64,000 bases of DNA from Vicinamibacteraceae bacterium (lineage in GTDB: Bacteria; Planctomycetota; Phycisphaerae; Phycisphaerales; UBA5793). Positions 1-9,791 of the stretch are shown here, piece by piece; the first letter of the stretch is position 1; the number at the start of each line of letters is the position of its first letter. The stretch is from contig WYBR01000096.1 of NCBI GenBank assembly GCA_011525805.1, positions 8,969 to 72,968 on the forward strand. The letters are read 5' to 3'. The position numbers and the translations under genes were made by a program. The notes under the pieces are model-generated. The model saw nothing but the letters and a program-made list of their open reading frames with translations. It did no database searches and had not been told where the DNA came from.

Positions 1-2186
1 CCCCGGAGTTTGACGACGAACGCATCCATGGTGCCGCCGTGGTATGCGTTGTTCCGGCCTTCGAAGGCGGTCGAGGCGGTGCCGCCCGTCGTGAGCGCGT
101 TGCCGGCGCTGTCCACTGCGATGCCCTCGCCGTAGTCGTTGTTGCGTCCACCGAGGTAGGTCATCCACTGGAGAGCGCCTGGTGGGCTGACCTTGACGAC
201 AAACGCGTCGTAGGAACCGTGTTCTGTGTTGTTCCGACCTTCGAAGTCGGTCGAGTGGGTTTCGCCCGTCACTAGCGCGTTGCCCGTGCTGTCCACGGCG
301 ATTCCGTTGCCCCAGTCGTAGGCGCTTCCCCCGAGGTACGTCATCCACTGGAGGGCGCCCGAGGCGCTAACCTTGACGACAAACCCGTCGGCGTAGTTGT
401 GGTAGGCGTTGTTCCGACCTTCGAAGACGCTCGACCAGGTTTCGCCCGTCACCAGCGATTTGCCAGCGCTGTCCACGGCGATGCCGTTACCCTCCTCCCG
501 GTCGCTTCCACCGAGGTAGGTCATCCACTGGAGGTCGCCTGAGCCGCTGACCTTGACGACAAACGCGTCGCTGGCGCCGCCGTGGGATGCGTTGTTCCGA
601 CCTTCGAAGTCGAACGAGCCGGTGCCTCCGGTCACCAGCGCGTTCCCGGTGCCGTCCACGGCGATGCCGCGCCCATAGTCGTAGTCGGTTCCACCGAGGT
701 AGGTCATCCACTGGAGAGCGCCTGAGCCGCTGACCTTGACGGCGAACGCGTCGTAGTAGCCGCGGTATGCGTTGTTCCGACCCTCGAAGTCGGTCGAAGT
801 GGTGGAGCCCGTCACCAGCAAGTTGCCGGCCTTGTCCACGGCGATGCCGCCGCCAAAGTCGTCGCGGCTTCCACCAAGGTAGGTCATCCACTGAAGGGCG
901 CCTGAGGCGCTGACCTTGACGACAAATGCGTCGTAGGGACCGCCGTGGGATGCGTTGTTCCGCCCTTCGAAGTCGGGCGAATAGGTATTGCCCGCCACCA
1001 GCGCGTTGCCGGCACCGTCCACGGCAATGTCGTAGCCTTCGTCGTCGAGCCTTCCACCGAGGTAGGTCATCCACTGGAGAGCGCCTGAGCCGCTGACCTT
1101 GACGACAAATGCGTCGTATTCGCCGCCGCGATATGCGTTGTTCCGACCTTCGAAGTCGGTCGAATAGGTGAAGCCAGTCACCAGCGCGTTGCCGGCGCTG
1201 TCCACGGCGATGCCGTTGCCCCGGTCGCCGCCGCTTCCTCCGAGGTAGGTCATCCACTCCAAGTCGGGATCGATGATGAGTTCGCGCGTCGGATCGACGG
1301 GGCCATCGAGCGCGAAGCGGTAGGTGCGATCGTCGCAGAGTTCGAAGCGGGCGGGGACGGCGTCGCGCGACTGGCCTTTCACAAAGCCCCCGGTCAATGA
1401 CCGGGGGTGATACACCACCGGCGCACCGTCGGCAAGTGTGCCAAATGACGTGTTGATCTGAACATTGCCGGCCTCGTCGATGCACAGGGAATCAATGCCG
1501 TGGTAGGCGATGCGGATTTGCGCGTAGTCCGCCCCCGGCGCGACGTGGAACTCGTACTTCAGCACGCCGTCGTCATTGCCCCTCACGTGCAGGTCCACGC
1601 CGTCGTAGAGATCCTCGTAGATGACCGCGCCGTAGGAGAGAACGCCGCTGGCCGTGGTGCGCCCTTCGCCGCCGACGAAGTAGTTGAACTTCGCCGCCTG
1701 CGGCTGCGCGCCAATGGGCAGCACACCGTTGCTGCCGGGGAAGGTGATGGTGAGTGTGAGGCCGTCGTACGCGGCGGACTCGCCTGACGAGCCGCGCGTG
1801 TCAGCAAGCGGCACATCGCGCTCGACGTTCAACGCCGCTTCCTCACGGGCGCGGCTCGTTGAGGCAGCGGCGCGGCTCGTAGAGGCATCGGCGCGGCTCG
1901 TAGAGGCATCGGCGCGGCTGATTGAATCGACATGCCGCGTCAGGTGCATCGTCAGTGCCGACTCCCGGAAGGCGACATCGAGACCGCGCGAGCGCAGGGC
2001 GTAGTGGACTTCGCGATCCGCCCACTGTCCCTGGTTGGGCACAATGTAGACGCCGCACAGGCCGAGTTTGAGCATCTCGCTTGCGGCGGGATCGCTCTCC
2101 GCCGGGCCGCCTGTGGCCGGCGGCGCAATGAGCACGCAGCAGGCAAGAACCACACCCATCGCCGACCACGTGGTGAAACGACGCAT
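1..2186 (-). CDS. Secreted SBBP (seven-bladed beta-propeller) repeat protein; 3' end runs off the window
   Basis: Not in the ORF track; translated by hand from ATG at 2186 (SD GAGGAGG at 2194-2200). Signal peptide MRRFTTWSAMGVVLACCVLIA, then NQGQW...YEDLYDGVDL...KYEFHVAPGAD...LIIDP, then 7 repeats of ~60 aa (WMTYLGG..D.G.GIAVDSAGNALVTG.T.S.DFEGRNNA..G..DAFVVKV). Confidence 0.9.
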   Translation of the reverse strand, partial: MRRFTTWSAMGVVLACCVLIAPPATGGPAESDPAASEMLKLGLCGVYIVPNQGQWADREVHYALRSRGLDVAFRESALTMHLTRHVDSISRADASTSRADASTSRAAASTSRAREEAALNVERDVPLADTRGSSGESAAYDGLTLTITFPGSNGVLPIGAQPQAAKFNYFVGGEGRTTASGVLSYGAVIYEDLYDGVDLHVRGNDDGVLKYEFHVAPGADYAQIRIAYHGIDSLCIDEAGNVQINTSFGTLADGAPVVYHPRSLTGGFVKGQSRDAVPARFELCDDRTYRFALDGPVDPTRELIIDPDLEWMTYLGGSGGDRGNGIAVDSAGNALVTGFTYSTDFEGRNNAYRGGEYDAFVVKVSGSGALQWMTYLGGRLDDEGYDIAVDGAGNALVAGNTYSPDFEGRNNASHGGPYDAFVVKVSASGALQWMTYLGGSRDDFGGGIAVDKAGNLLVTGSTTSTDFEGRNNAYRGYYDAFAVKVSGSGALQWMTYLGGTDYDYGRGIAVDGTGNALVTGGTGSFDFEGRNNASHGGASDAFVVKVSGSGDLQWMTYLGGSDREEGNGIAVDSAGKSLVTGETWSSVFEGRNNAYHNYADGFVVKVSASGALQWMTYLGGSAYDWGNGIAVDSTGNALVTGETHSTDFEGRNNTEHGSYDAFVVKVSPPGALQWMTYLGGRNNDYGEGIAVDSAGNALTTGGTASTAFEGRNNAYHGGTMDAFVVKLR
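1387..1407. repeat. REP-like palindrome CCCCCGGTCA-A-TGACCGGGGG inside the SBBP gene
   Basis: Perfect 10-bp stem preceded by AAG; same architecture as the copies at 16249 and 43238. Confidence 0.7.
1787..1859. repeat. Inverted REP-like doublet inside the SBBP gene
   Basis: ACGAGCCGCGCGTGTCAGCAAGCGGC (1787-1812) and GCCGCTTCCTCACGGGCGCGGCTCGT (1834-1859) are 22/26 complementary. Confidence 0.7.
1848..1919. repeat. 21-bp tandem repeat x3.4 (encodes SRADAST repeats)
   Basis: GGCGCGGCTCGT(T/A)GAGGCA(G/T)C units at 1848, 1869 and 1890, partial unit at 1911. Confidence 0.9.
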
Positions 2187-2542
2187 TGCTGGGCCTCCTC
2201 CTGCTCGAGCACGCTGGCGGCAAGAACGGGACTGCCAATCCCGGCGGCGAGCGTGGCCTACATTATCCTGTATCCCGGCCGCATGTGCAAGCAGAAAACA
2301 CCCCCGAGAGAAGAAACATCGCGAGTCCTCCTCTCGCGGCCGGGGGAGAGGGGATTGCCCGCAGGAATCGGGCTTCGCCTCGACATGGGATTGCACCGCG
2401 TCAACTGTGTTCTTTCGGGCAAAGTGGGAGCCGCGGTTCGGATTGTGGTCGATACGAACGGCATTAATGATCCTCGCTGGCGCGTCGGCCTGGTATCGTT
2501 GGACCGTCCGGATCGGGATTCGGCATCGAGAGGGGGGAGGCC

Positions 2543-3268
2543 GTGACCACAGTCATTGAGGCATGTCCGGTGCTCGCCGAGATGTTTGAGTCGGGCCGCA
2601 CCCTCGCCGCCGACGGCGGCGAGATGCCGATTCACTCGCACATCCCCGTCGCGTACGCCGAAGCGCTCTTCCGCGTCGTGCGCGACCTGCGGCCTCGCGC
2701 GTGCGTCGAGATCGGCCTGGCGCTGGGGACTTCGGCGCTGGCGATCCTCGCCGGACTCGAAGCGGGAGGCGGCGAGGGCCGCCTCATCTCCATCGATCCC
2801 AAGCAGCGCGACAAGTGGCGCAGCGCCGGACGCGCGGCCGTCGAGCGCGCCGGCTATGCCGCCCGCCACGAACTGCTCGTCGAGCCGGACTTCACCGCCC
2901 TGCCGGCCCTCTTTCGAATGGGCCTCCGCGCCGAGTTCGGCTACATCGACGGCTGGCACACCTTCGACCACGCCATGCTCGACTTCTGGTACATCGACCG
3001 CATGATGCCCGTCGGCGGCGTCGTGGCCTTCAACGACTGCGGGCTTGCAGGCGTGGACAAGGCCATCGGCTTCGTCCAGTCGCACCGCCGCTACGAGGAG
3101 TTGAACGTCGGCCTGTCGATCGACTACGGCTCTCTCGGCCGCACGCGTTTGCTCGGGCGGCTCCTGCGCGGCCGCACCCGCGGCCTGCGCCTGCGCCAGC
3201 ACCAGGACCGCTACTTTCGCAAGGTCGAGGACTGGCAACCGCCGTGGGACTTCTACGCGCCGTTCTGA
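2543..3268 (+). CDS. Class I SAM-dependent methyltransferase (Methyltransf_24-like)
   Basis: VEIGLALGTS motif I, LISIDP, YIDGWHTFD, GGVVAFND; GGAGG SD upstream of the GTG. Confidence 0.85.
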   Translation: MTTVIEACPVLAEMFESGRTLAADGGEMPIHSHIPVAYAEALFRVVRDLRPRACVEIGLALGTSALAILAGLEAGGGEGRLISIDPKQRDKWRSAGRAAVERAGYAARHELLVEPDFTALPALFRMGLRAEFGYIDGWHTFDHAMLDFWYIDRMMPVGGVVAFNDCGLAGVDKAIGFVQSHRRYEELNVGLSIDYGSLGRTRLLGRLLRGRTRGLRLRQHQDRYFRKVEDWQPPWDFYAPF

Positions 3269-3336
3269 GGCGCGAATCCGTTCCTGTGAGTAGGGACGGC
3301 CAACGCGTTTGGATGATGTGGAGCACGGAACACGTC

Positions 3337-4227
3337 ATGGATGCGACGGATGCCAAAGAGCCTTGCGGCCCCGGTATCTACTGCGTGCGGTGCGGCTACG
3401 ACCTGCGCGTCACACCGAAGACGGGTATCTGCCCGGAGTGCCGCGAGGTGTGTGAAGCGTCCCTGTGGATTCGCACGCATGCGGGACAGCGGTGGCGGCG
3501 GCGGATGCATCGAGGGGCGATATGGCTGGCGGTGGCGGCGATGGCGCGACTTCTTCCCGGCGCGGGCACAATGCTCGCGACCTGGTTCGGATACCCTGTG
3601 TCTTACGGGGTGTACTACTGGTGCGAGTGGGTTCTGTGGTGGACGGTTCCATTGAGCATTGGCGCGCTGCTGATTACGACTCCTTTCGAGCCGGATCGGG
3701 GACGCCGAAGATGGGCCGTGCCAATTCGGCTCGTGGCACGCTGGGTCGTTCTGCTGTGGGCGTTTCAGGAGGTGGCAGCGCCGCTGCTGTACTTTGCTCT
3801 CACCTTCAACGGCGTGGAGGGCGCATCAAGTCCTCTGATGCTGCCGCCAGCGTGGAGTAGGGTCTTCGCGGTTTCTGTGTGGATGAACTGGCCCATCTGG
3901 ATGACGGGTCTGCTGGGACTGCTGGCTCACATCTTCATCATTGCAGCGCGGCTGCGCAGCAAGCGACTGCTGATGCAACTTCGCACGCTGGCCGTGCTGC
4001 TGGCGGCCTGGTCCGTTGTCGCGTACAACGTGGATTGGTTCCATCGATTGCTGGACCGAGGCGGCTCGTCCATGCTGGCGACTGTGATGGACGCGATCGA
4101 TGTTTTCGTGCACTCTTCCACGTGGTGGACGGAGTTCGTGCTCGAATCGTGGGCTGTGGTTCTGATGCTGTGGTTGGCGCGGATGTATTCGACGCCGCTC
4201 CCGGAGCATCCGGTAGAATCAGGGTGA
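3337..4227 (+). CDS. Membrane protein with N-terminal Zn-ribbon
   Basis: CVRCGYDL...CPEC followed by ~6 hydrophobic helices; 3' part of track ORF 2701..4227; start uncertain (3313 or 3337). Confidence 0.7.
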   Translation: MDATDAKEPCGPGIYCVRCGYDLRVTPKTGICPECREVCEASLWIRTHAGQRWRRRMHRGAIWLAVAAMARLLPGAGTMLATWFGYPVSYGVYYWCEWVLWWTVPLSIGALLITTPFEPDRGRRRWAVPIRLVARWVVLLWAFQEVAAPLLYFALTFNGVEGASSPLMLPPAWSRVFAVSVWMNWPIWMTGLLGLLAHIFIIAARLRSKRLLMQLRTLAVLLAAWSVVAYNVDWFHRLLDRGGSSMLATVMDAIDVFVHSSTWWTEFVLESWAVVLMLWLARMYSTPLPEHPVESG

Positions 4228-5469
4228 TGTTGAATCCCCGGCTTGGCCGTGGATTACCACCGGCTGCACCCACGCCATCTCGCGGTCGCCCTTGGCGAAG
4301 GGGTTGGGGTGTACCTTTGACGAGATGATGACGGCGCGGACGTAAACTTCGTCGCCGGCAAAGGTGTAGGTCGCCGGGTTCGCCATGGTCTCATCGAGGA
4401 TTTCGCCGACGATACCCAGGTCAGGTTGGCCGTCGCCGTCGGCATCTCCCACGCGGCGCGTGCCGAGGAAGCGCGTCGTGTAGGCGACGTCCGGCTCGGC
4501 GCGGATGTGAATGGTGAGGTGATGATCGTCGCTTTTGATGGCGTCGAGCACTACGCCGCTGCTGGCGTAGAAGTCGCCGCGATGCATCGCATTCAGAATC
4601 GCCTCGGCGTCGAGCGACTCGGCCCGCACCATGATCCAGCCGCGCCCGGGGTTCGAGTGTCCCTCGGGAACCTCGTGGTAGTTGTGCGCATCATCGGTGG
4701 CGAGGCCGTAGAGCGGGCCGAGGTCGAGTTCGGTGAGTCGCTTCGTCAGCGCGAGGTCCCACATTTCTTCGGTGCCGGCATGGTCGGCGTCGCCGTGGTT
4801 GCGGACGCTGCGGTGGCCGTTGTAGATCTCGAAGAACTGCTCGCCGCGCAGGCGGGCGATGTCCTCGACGCTCACGCCCCAGCCGAAGTTGGGATGGTTG
4901 ACGTGCGCCAGCGTGGTGCGGTCGTGCGCGTGGCCGTGCGCGATGACGGCGTCGAGATTGCGCTGCATGACGTCAACCACGCTCTCGCCTCCCTGCGGCT
5001 TGATGAGTTCGGCGAGGTTCAGGCCGTTGATGTGCACCGGCAGGCGGTTGAACTGGTCGGTGATCTCCTCGCCTTCGATGAAGAGAAAAGCGCCGGGCTG
5101 CTCGAAGTCTTCGCGGAGTTCCTCAAGCGTGCGCAGGCGCATCTCGCGCTTGCCCTCCACTTCGCGAGTCTCAACGCGCTCTTCGCCGAAGCGGGCGATG
5201 AGATCATCGACGCGCTCACTCGTGAGGCGGCTGCGCGGCAGATCGAGAATGGGGAACCATTTTTCGTCGCGCGAAAGGATGTTGTGGTCGGAGAGGACGA
5301 GGAAGTGGTAGCCGTTGTCGCGGTACCACGCCGCGGCGAGTTCAGGCGCCGCGTCGCCGTCGCTCCAGAGCGTGTGCGTGTGGGTGTTGCCCTTCCACCA
5401 CTGATCAGCGTCGTTGTCGCAGCCGGGGGCGCCCGCCAGCAGCGCCAGGGTGAGGATCATGATCCGCAT
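4219..5469 (-). CDS. Exported PHP-superfamily metallohydrolase (CehA/McbA-like)
   Basis: Signal peptide with Cys; WWKGNTHTHTLWSDG, LSDHN, EGEEIT, HVNHPN, ATDDAH motifs. Confidence 0.85.
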   Translation of the reverse strand: MRIMILTLALLAGAPGCDNDADQWWKGNTHTHTLWSDGDAAPELAAAWYRDNGYHFLVLSDHNILSRDEKWFPILDLPRSRLTSERVDDLIARFGEERVETREVEGKREMRLRTLEELREDFEQPGAFLFIEGEEITDQFNRLPVHINGLNLAELIKPQGGESVVDVMQRNLDAVIAHGHAHDRTTLAHVNHPNFGWGVSVEDIARLRGEQFFEIYNGHRSVRNHGDADHAGTEEMWDLALTKRLTELDLGPLYGLATDDAHNYHEVPEGHSNPGRGWIMVRAESLDAEAILNAMHRGDFYASSGVVLDAIKSDDHHLTIHIRAEPDVAYTTRFLGTRRVGDADGDGQPDLGIVGEILDETMANPATYTFAGDEVYVRAVIISSKVHPNPFAKGDREMAWVQPVVIHGQAGDSTSP

Positions 5470-5556
5470 GTCGATTCCTCCATTGGGGGCGAGGTCCGCG
5501 AGGCATGGTACCGCCTCCGGCCGCCGCGTCCTCGGAGTCTGGCCGGGCAGGCCGAC

Positions 5557-7053
5557 TCACTCGAAAGCGGCCGGCCGCACGCGGCTCGTCGCGCATCGCT
5601 GCCGATCGACGCACTGCAGGAGAATCTCAATGCCGCGCGCGCCATGCGGAACAAAGCGATCGAGCGACGCGACACCCTTCGCGTCGGCCGCCGCGCTGCC
5701 GATGACCGCCGGCGCGTCGAGCATCACGTTCACGCCGGGGCAGCCGGGAATCGGCGTCGAGCCTTCGCGCCGGGCGTAGACGAACCAGATCGTCGCGCCG
5801 GGTTGTGCGCCGATGGCGGTGAGGCGGTTGACGCGACCCGCCTGCCCGGGGATGGGTTCGAGCACGGCGAAACTGGTTCCCTGGAACTCGTAGCAGCCGA
5901 GATCGACGATGGGGGCGCTGCCCCGGCCGCCGTCGGGCGTTCCGGGGTCGTCGATGAAACGCGGGTTGAAGTCGAGATCGAGCGTCTGCCCCGGCGGCAC
6001 GCCGTCGTTGTCGCCCGCGTCGATGCAGGGGGAATTGGGCGCGAGTCTCAGGTCGCCGCCGGCGGGATCGACGAGCATGGGATCGGCGCTGAAGTTCCCC
6101 TCGCCCGGCCAGCCGCCAGTGATGCAGGAGTAGGTGGCGGTGATGCTCGACTTGAAGTTGCGGATTTCGTTGGGTGTGTTGTTCCAAAGAATGCTGTTGA
6201 CGATGGCCGTTTCCGCGCCGTTGTTGGTGATCGCCCCGCCCTCGCGGTCGGCCCGGTTGTTGATGAATGTGCAGTTGCGGATCACGGCATGGGAGGACAC
6301 GTTGGCGACTGCACCGCCGAACCCGCGCGCGTAGTTGTTGTAGAAGCGGCAGTTGACGACCTCGGTCGTTGTGTCGATGTTCGCCAGATAGACGGCGCCG
6401 CCATGACTGGCCGTGTTGGAGTCGAAATCGCAGTCGATGATTTCGCACTGCTCGGGTTCATCGATCAGAATGCCGCCGCCCCACGTGCCAATGTTCGCCC
6501 TGAACGTGCAGCCCGTGACTACAACTGCAAAGGCGAGATAACGGATATTGATCCCTGCTCCCCATGTACCATTTCCGAATGCAATCGTTACGTTCTCAAT
6601 GGAGGCATACTCAGTTTCGGCGAAAGCGGAGACCACAGTCTTGGTGTTGTCGGTCGCATCGTTCAGAATACCGATATCTCCGCTGAGGAGGGTCTGAAGC
6701 GCCCGTTGCGATCGAGGCGGGCGCGTGAGTTCGTATCCCGAAAAGCAACCGTAGACGCCGACATTGCTCACGAGAGCAAACGTGGCGTCTCGATTGCCCG
6801 TGCCCCTGTCGGGCTTGTACACGCCGCCGGCAATCCATATCTCTCGCACCTCCGGCTCGCTTCTAGCATGATCAAGAGCGTCCTGCAAGTCGCGGTACGC
6901 AGTCTGCCAGGAAGCGCCGTCGCCGCCCGGCGTCGCCCTTGCGTCTACGTGAATGACGGGCTGCGCCTGAACGTTTGCGCTCAGGAACAACCCCAAGGCT
7001 GAAACGAGTACCCCGGACGCTGGGCGAAGTGATCGGCGCATGGCGATGATCAT
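5557..7053 (-). CDS. Secreted right-handed beta-helix (pectin lyase-like) protein with C-terminal ~100-aa domain
   Basis: Signal peptide; DGASWQTAYRDLQDAL, IWIAGGVYKP, FxxNxA..GGA repeats, DP.LVD...DLRLAPNSPCIDAG, VDLGCYE. Confidence 0.85.
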   Translation of the reverse strand: MIIAMRRSLRPASGVLVSALGLFLSANVQAQPVIHVDARATPGGDGASWQTAYRDLQDALDHARSEPEVREIWIAGGVYKPDRGTGNRDATFALVSNVGVYGCFSGYELTRPPRSQRALQTLLSGDIGILNDATDNTKTVVSAFAETEYASIENVTIAFGNGTWGAGINIRYLAFAVVVTGCTFRANIGTWGGGILIDEPEQCEIIDCDFDSNTASHGGAVYLANIDTTTEVVNCRFYNNYARGFGGAVANVSSHAVIRNCTFINNRADREGGAITNNGAETAIVNSILWNNTPNEIRNFKSSITATYSCITGGWPGEGNFSADPMLVDPAGGDLRLAPNSPCIDAGDNDGVPPGQTLDLDFNPRFIDDPGTPDGGRGSAPIVDLGCYEFQGTSFAVLEPIPGQAGRVNRLTAIGAQPGATIWFVYARREGSTPIPGCPGVNVMLDAPAVIGSAAADAKGVASLDRFVPHGARGIEILLQCVDRQRCATSRVRPAAFE

Positions 7054-7667
7054 TCAACGAGCGTGAAATAGTACGTGAAGGGCTGCACGTCCGGGTCTTC
7101 CGTCAACCCGAGATCGGATTTCAGCCCGTCCGCCTTCTCAATGATGCGGTACTCGCCCAAGGGCGTGACGCAAGGGCAGACAGGACACCTCGTGAGTTCC
7201 AGCACGTTGAGCGAGGTGTTCGCGCCGCTGGGAAGCAGGTCGTAGAGAAGCACTTCGAGACTTGAGAAGGCGCAGGTGCCTCCCGTAACCCACTCCTCGC
7301 TTTGCGGGTCGAACCACTGCAAGTCAACGTGAGGCCCGTCCCCTTCGAGGCGGATCGGGCCGTAAAAGACCAGGTCGATCCACTCGTCGCCGGTCTTCCA
7401 GTTGGCGAGGGAAATCTCGTTTGACCCGCCCGAACCCGAAGGCGGGAAGCAGGCTTCGAGATGGAGGTGGAAGCCAAGATCGTTTCCGGCGCCGTCCACC
7501 ATCCCGATCGTGCCCCCGCCAGTAGTGACGAGGGAGTAAGCGGGGTTCTCCTCACTGGCGTTCGCGTCAGTCGCCCAGAAGCGCTCGTTGTTCGCGGCGT
7601 TGAAGATCAATTCGCGGTCCTCGTCATTGCCCGGCGAGTCGATGTCAGCGCGCGGGTCTCTTTGCAT
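7050..7667 (-). CDS. Hypothetical acidic protein, possibly a truncated secreted-protein fragment
   Basis: Its stop overlaps the next start (ATGA); extracellular-type composition but no signal peptide. Confidence 0.55.
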   Translation of the reverse strand: MQRDPRADIDSPGNDEDRELIFNAANNERFWATDANASEENPAYSLVTTGGGTIGMVDGAGNDLGFHLHLEACFPPSGSGGSNEISLANWKTGDEWIDLVFYGPIRLEGDGPHVDLQWFDPQSEEWVTGGTCAFSSLEVLLYDLLPSGANTSLNVLELTRCPVCPCVTPLGEYRIIEKADGLKSDLGLTEDPDVQPFTYYFTLVE

Positions 7668-7760
7668 GCCCGATCATCCGTGTTCTACGCATCGGCATGT
7701 CACAACCGCATCGTGCAGGCATATGCTCACAACGACCGAAGGAAGCCCGTGAGGACTGCT

Positions 7761-8138
7761 ATGACGTTGCACATGACCGCTGGCCAGATCAGCACCCTGC
7801 GAGGATGCGCAACGTGGGTCATTCGTTCGGTCGCGGTCATCCTCGTTGCCGTCGGGGCGTATCTCATGCTCAAGCGCCTTGCGTTCGGCGTGGGGGTGTG
7901 GGACTTTGAGACGGCGCTGCAGGTCTGGCAGGGCATCGGCGAGGAGCAGTCCTTCTATCGCGGCATCGCACTGGTCCTCACGGGGTTGCTGCTCGGCTTG
8001 TTTTCGCGGCGCATCGCGGCGTGGGTCATCGCCATGCCGCCGACGGGCTGCCCGCAGTGCGGCTACGCGGTGGCGCCGCCCACCGGCCGGACGGCGCCGC
8101 CGCGGTGCCCGGAGTGCGGGCTGCCGCTGGAGGATTGA
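7761..8138 (+). CDS. Small membrane protein with C-terminal Zn-ribbon
   Basis: GAGGA SD, two TM helices, CPQCGY...CPECG. Confidence 0.7.
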   Translation: MTLHMTAGQISTLRGCATWVIRSVAVILVAVGAYLMLKRLAFGVGVWDFETALQVWQGIGEEQSFYRGIALVLTGLLLGLFSRRIAAWVIAMPPTGCPQCGYAVAPPTGRTAPPRCPECGLPLED

Positions 8139-8165
8139 CCCGCGGGGGCGCCGCATTCGCCCGAG

Positions 8166-8193
8166 TTGACCCGCCCCGGCGGATTCGTATACT
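8166..8193 (+). promoter_or_regulatory. Sigma70-type promoter of the S10-spc operon
   Basis: TTGACC (8166-8171), 16-bp spacer, TATACT (8188-8193), ~155 nt upstream of rpsJ. Confidence 0.7.
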
Positions 8194-8348
8194 CACGGGC
8201 TTTTCACCGCGCGTCGGCCATGGGGGCCGATGCGCCAGTCCGGTGGTGGGCCAGGCAGGTTGTGCAGGCCGGCGGCGAGAAGGCGATGCCCCGCGGGATC
8301 GTCCCCGGCGTCGCAGTTGAACGATTCAAGTCGATCCCAGGTGACTCA

Positions 8349-8657
8349 ATGACCGAAGCCAAGATCCGAATCCGCATGGAAGCCTACGACCACCAGGCGC
8401 TGGACGCCTCGGCCCGCGAGATCGTCGACCACGCCAAGCGCACCGGCGCCCGGGTGTCGGGTCCGATCCCGCTGCCGACGCGGATCGAGCGCTACACCGT
8501 GCTGCGCGGCCCGCACATCGACAAGAAGTCCCGCGAGCAGTTTGAGATCCGCACCCATAAGCGCATCATTGACATCCAGGAACCCAACTCCCGCACGGTC
8601 GAAGCGCTCAATCGCCTCGTGGTCCCGGCGGGTGTTTTCGTTAAGATCAAAGCGTGA
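8349..8657 (+). CDS. rpsJ: 30S ribosomal protein uS10
   Basis: [11 protein letters not shown]...GPIPLPT...[14 protein letters not shown]. Confidence 0.98.
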   Translation: MTEAKIRIRMEAYDHQALDASAREIVDHAKRTGARVSGPIPLPTRIERYTVLRGPHIDKKSREQFEIRTHKRIIDIQEPNSRTVEALNRLVVPAGVFVKIKA

Positions 8658-8847
8658 GTCGAGTTGTCGCCGCGGTCGCCTGAAGAGGCGGCCGTTTGCA
8701 TTGGTGGGTCGGTCGGCCCCGCGTTGCGGGGCCGATCTCCCGGAAAAACAAGAGGTTTTCAGCCCCGGCCGTGTTTCCCGCTGACGCCGGCGATCGTTCG
8801 CCGACCCCTCGCGGGCAACCTCCGGCCCGAATCGGAGCATCATCGCC

Positions 8848-9537
8848 ATGAGCAAGGCACTCCTTGGCCGCAAGATCGGCATGTCGCGCTACTTCACCGA
8901 GGAAGGGAAGAACGTCCCCGTCACGGTGATCCAGGCGGGTCCGTGTTTCGTGACCCAGATCAAATCAAAGAACGACCACGGCTACAGCGCGATCCAGATC
9001 GGCTTCGAGGACGTTGAGCCGGGGCGGACCACGATGCCGCTGATCGGCCACGACGCCAAGGCCGGCGTCAGCCCCAAGAAGTTCCATCGGGAGGTCCGCC
9101 TCGATGAGGACGCCAAGGACGCCCAACTCGGCCAGCAACTCACCGTCGAAGTCTTTGAGGGCACGAAGTTTGTGGATGTGGTTGGGGTGAGCAAAGGCAA
9201 GGGCTTCCAGGGCACCATGAAGCGCCACAACTTCAAAGGCCTGTGCGCTTCGCACGGCACGGAGCGCAAGCACCGCTCGCCCGGGTCGATCGCCGGGCAC
9301 GCAACCAACCGCGGCACCGGCCCCAAGCCCAAGAAGGGCAAGAAAATGGCCGGCCACATGGGAGCCGAGCGCGTGACCGCGCGCAACCTCGACGTGGTGG
9401 AAATCCAACCGGAAAGAAACATTTTGCTGGTCAAGGGGGCTGTCCCCGGGCCGAATGGCGGCCTACTCTTCGTCCGCACTTCGGTGCGTCTGGGCCGCTC
9501 CAAGCAACTCGCGGTGAGCGGCAAGAAGAAGAACTAA
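8848..9537 (+). CDS. rplC: 50S ribosomal protein uL3
   Basis: LLGRKIGMS, SKGKGFQG, HRSPGSI, KKMAGHMG. Confidence 0.98.
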   Translation: MSKALLGRKIGMSRYFTEEGKNVPVTVIQAGPCFVTQIKSKNDHGYSAIQIGFEDVEPGRTTMPLIGHDAKAGVSPKKFHREVRLDEDAKDAQLGQQLTVEVFEGTKFVDVVGVSKGKGFQGTMKRHNFKGLCASHGTERKHRSPGSIAGHATNRGTGPKPKKGKKMAGHMGAERVTARNLDVVEIQPERNILLVKGAVPGPNGGLLFVRTSVRLGRSKQLAVSGKKKN

Positions 9538-9791
9538 CTCCAGCAGAGCGAGTGATTTTGGAATTTCGGGCGGGGAGAGCATCCCCCCCGGCCGGGGAAG
9601 CCCGACGACTTCATGGGTACTGCCCGGCGACGACAGATACAGCAACGCGGCTCAAGCAGCAGCGAACCGAGTCGATTCCTGCCGCGCCGGAACAGTGATG
9701 GATGGCGCCGGAGGATAGGCGAAACGAGCCTTCAACCCGCACGAGAGACACCCGGGTGACTCCCAAGCGGGCGAGGCAAGGTGGAACCACC

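Noticed and set aside
1-1260. ~180-bp DNA repeats as a non-coding array or DGR-type repeat
   Set aside because: They are the in-frame blades of the SBBP propeller; no reverse transcriptase is present
2701-3336. N-terminal part of the 508-aa track ORF
   Set aside because: Alternate frame of the methyltransferase gene
4426-7002. 858-aa plus-strand ORF
   Set aside because: Antisense shadow of two well-supported minus-strand genes
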